Source: Mycobacteriales bacterium (GTDB lineage: Bacteria > Actinomycetota > Actinomycetes > JAFAQI01). Taken from it: 64,000 nucleotides of DNA. Both the position numbers and the translations under genes were made by a program. The notes below the pieces were generated by a model, which saw nothing but the letters and a program-made list of their open reading frames with translations, did no database searches and was not told the origin of the DNA. Shown here piece by piece: positions 63,835 to 64,000 of this stretch (position 1 is the stretch's first letter; each line of letters begins with the position of its first letter). The stretch covers positions 11,812 through 75,811 of the forward strand of contig DASZPL010000139.1 in the NCBI GenBank assembly GCA_035550315.1. Reading direction: 5' to 3'.

Positions 63835-64000
63835 TGTCCGCCGTCACGTCTTCCAGCGGGCGGTCGGCGTCGACCATCTCCAGCAACCCGCGACCGCGGT
63901 AGTAGTCGACCAGCGGCCGGGTGGCCTCCTCGAAGACGGCGAGCCGGTTCTCGATCACCTCGGGGGTGTCGTCGGCACGGCCCTCGGTCCGCGCCCGCTC
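63782..64000 (-). CDS. Adenylate kinase-like protein, C-terminal 72 codons (5' end outside window)
   Basis: Not in the track (no start in the window). Minus-strand translation reads ...RADDTPEVIENRLAVFEEATRPLVDYYRGRGLLEMVDADRPLEDVTADIIRLAEARGTPAPPRSR*, matching the conserved Adk C-terminal region. Not in the canonical secY-adk-map context. Confidence 0.6.
   Translation of the reverse strand, partial: ERARTEGRADDTPEVIENRLAVFEEATRPLVDYYRGRGLLEMVDADRPLEDVTADIIRLAEARGTPAPPRSR

Noticed and set aside
1-64000. Search for tRNA/rRNA genes, CRISPR repeats, IS elements, integrases, and toxin-antitoxin or recognised defence-system genes
   Set aside because: I noticed no regularly spaced direct repeats, cloverleaf-like conserved tRNA boxes, transposase/integrase motifs or nuclease-ATPase defence architectures. 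The LAL regulator's P-loop/TPR region ends in a LuxR HTH and is best read as a transcription factor. A tRNAscan/Infernal/PADLOC run would be needed to exclude these formally.

Overview
Very high-G+C, gene-dense chromosomal segment of actinomycete type; the genus cannot be determined without a database search. I support about 68 protein-coding genes, two of them cut by the window edges. I found no rRNA, tRNA, CRISPR array, IS/transposase or integrase. All functional calls come from motif and architecture recognition in the translated ORFs, with no searches run.

Main blocks:
- 1-4.7 kb: MFS transporter (partial), then CoA-transferase / GMC flavoprotein / Tat-signal small subunit.
- 4.7-8.2 kb: sulfotransferase, thiolase plus DUF35 pair, amidohydrolase.
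- 8.2-12.5 kb: NrtR-like regulator divergent from nadA-nadB-nadC.
- 12.5-18.3 kb: CMD / luciferase-like oxidoreductase / heme-oxygenase-like di-iron protein, a small SD-led ORF, and a large LuxR (LAL) regulator.
- 18.3-21.8 kb: PrmC-related methyltransferase, DUF2332, DJ-1/PfpI, acidic protein.
- 21.8-24.7 kb: TetR plus DrrAB-like ABC exporter.
- 24.7-28.8 kb: amidohydrolase, RsbW-GAF-PP2C phosphatase, MarR.
- 28.8-34.7 kb: six-gene operon amidohydrolase-ADC-SDR-amidohydrolase-TetR-DUF2332, with a perfect palindromic operator candidate.
- 34.7-40.9 kb: Lrp/AsnC-controlled aminotransferase-cupin-SDR-APC permease-amidohydrolase cluster.
- 40.9-44.0 kb: DUF222/HNH endonuclease islet.
- 44.0-50.8 kb: seven-gene operon class II GATase / GS-like ligase / amidohydrolase / class IV aminotransferase / CMD / OSBS-NAAAR enolase / Asp-nucleophile hydrolase.
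- 51-58.4 kb: miscellaneous SDR, enoyl-CoA hydratase, esterase, PAP2, fdhD-mobA.
- 58.8-61.8 kb: STAS-RR-HK-GerMN lipoprotein module.
- 62-64 kb: DGPF/YciI plus ECF42-like sigma factor, and an adenylate-kinase-like 3' end.

Operon junctions are overwhelmingly 1-, 4- or 8-nt start/stop overlaps (about 18-20 cases, mostly GTGA/ATGA). Many long ORF-track entries are Arg/Ala/Pro/Gly-rich out-of-frame artefacts of high-G+C DNA and were rejected.

The best candidates for an undescribed system are the gamma-glutamyl-type seven-gene operon (43963-50774) and the amidohydrolase/ADC operon (28784-34717). No canonical defence or mobile system is evident.
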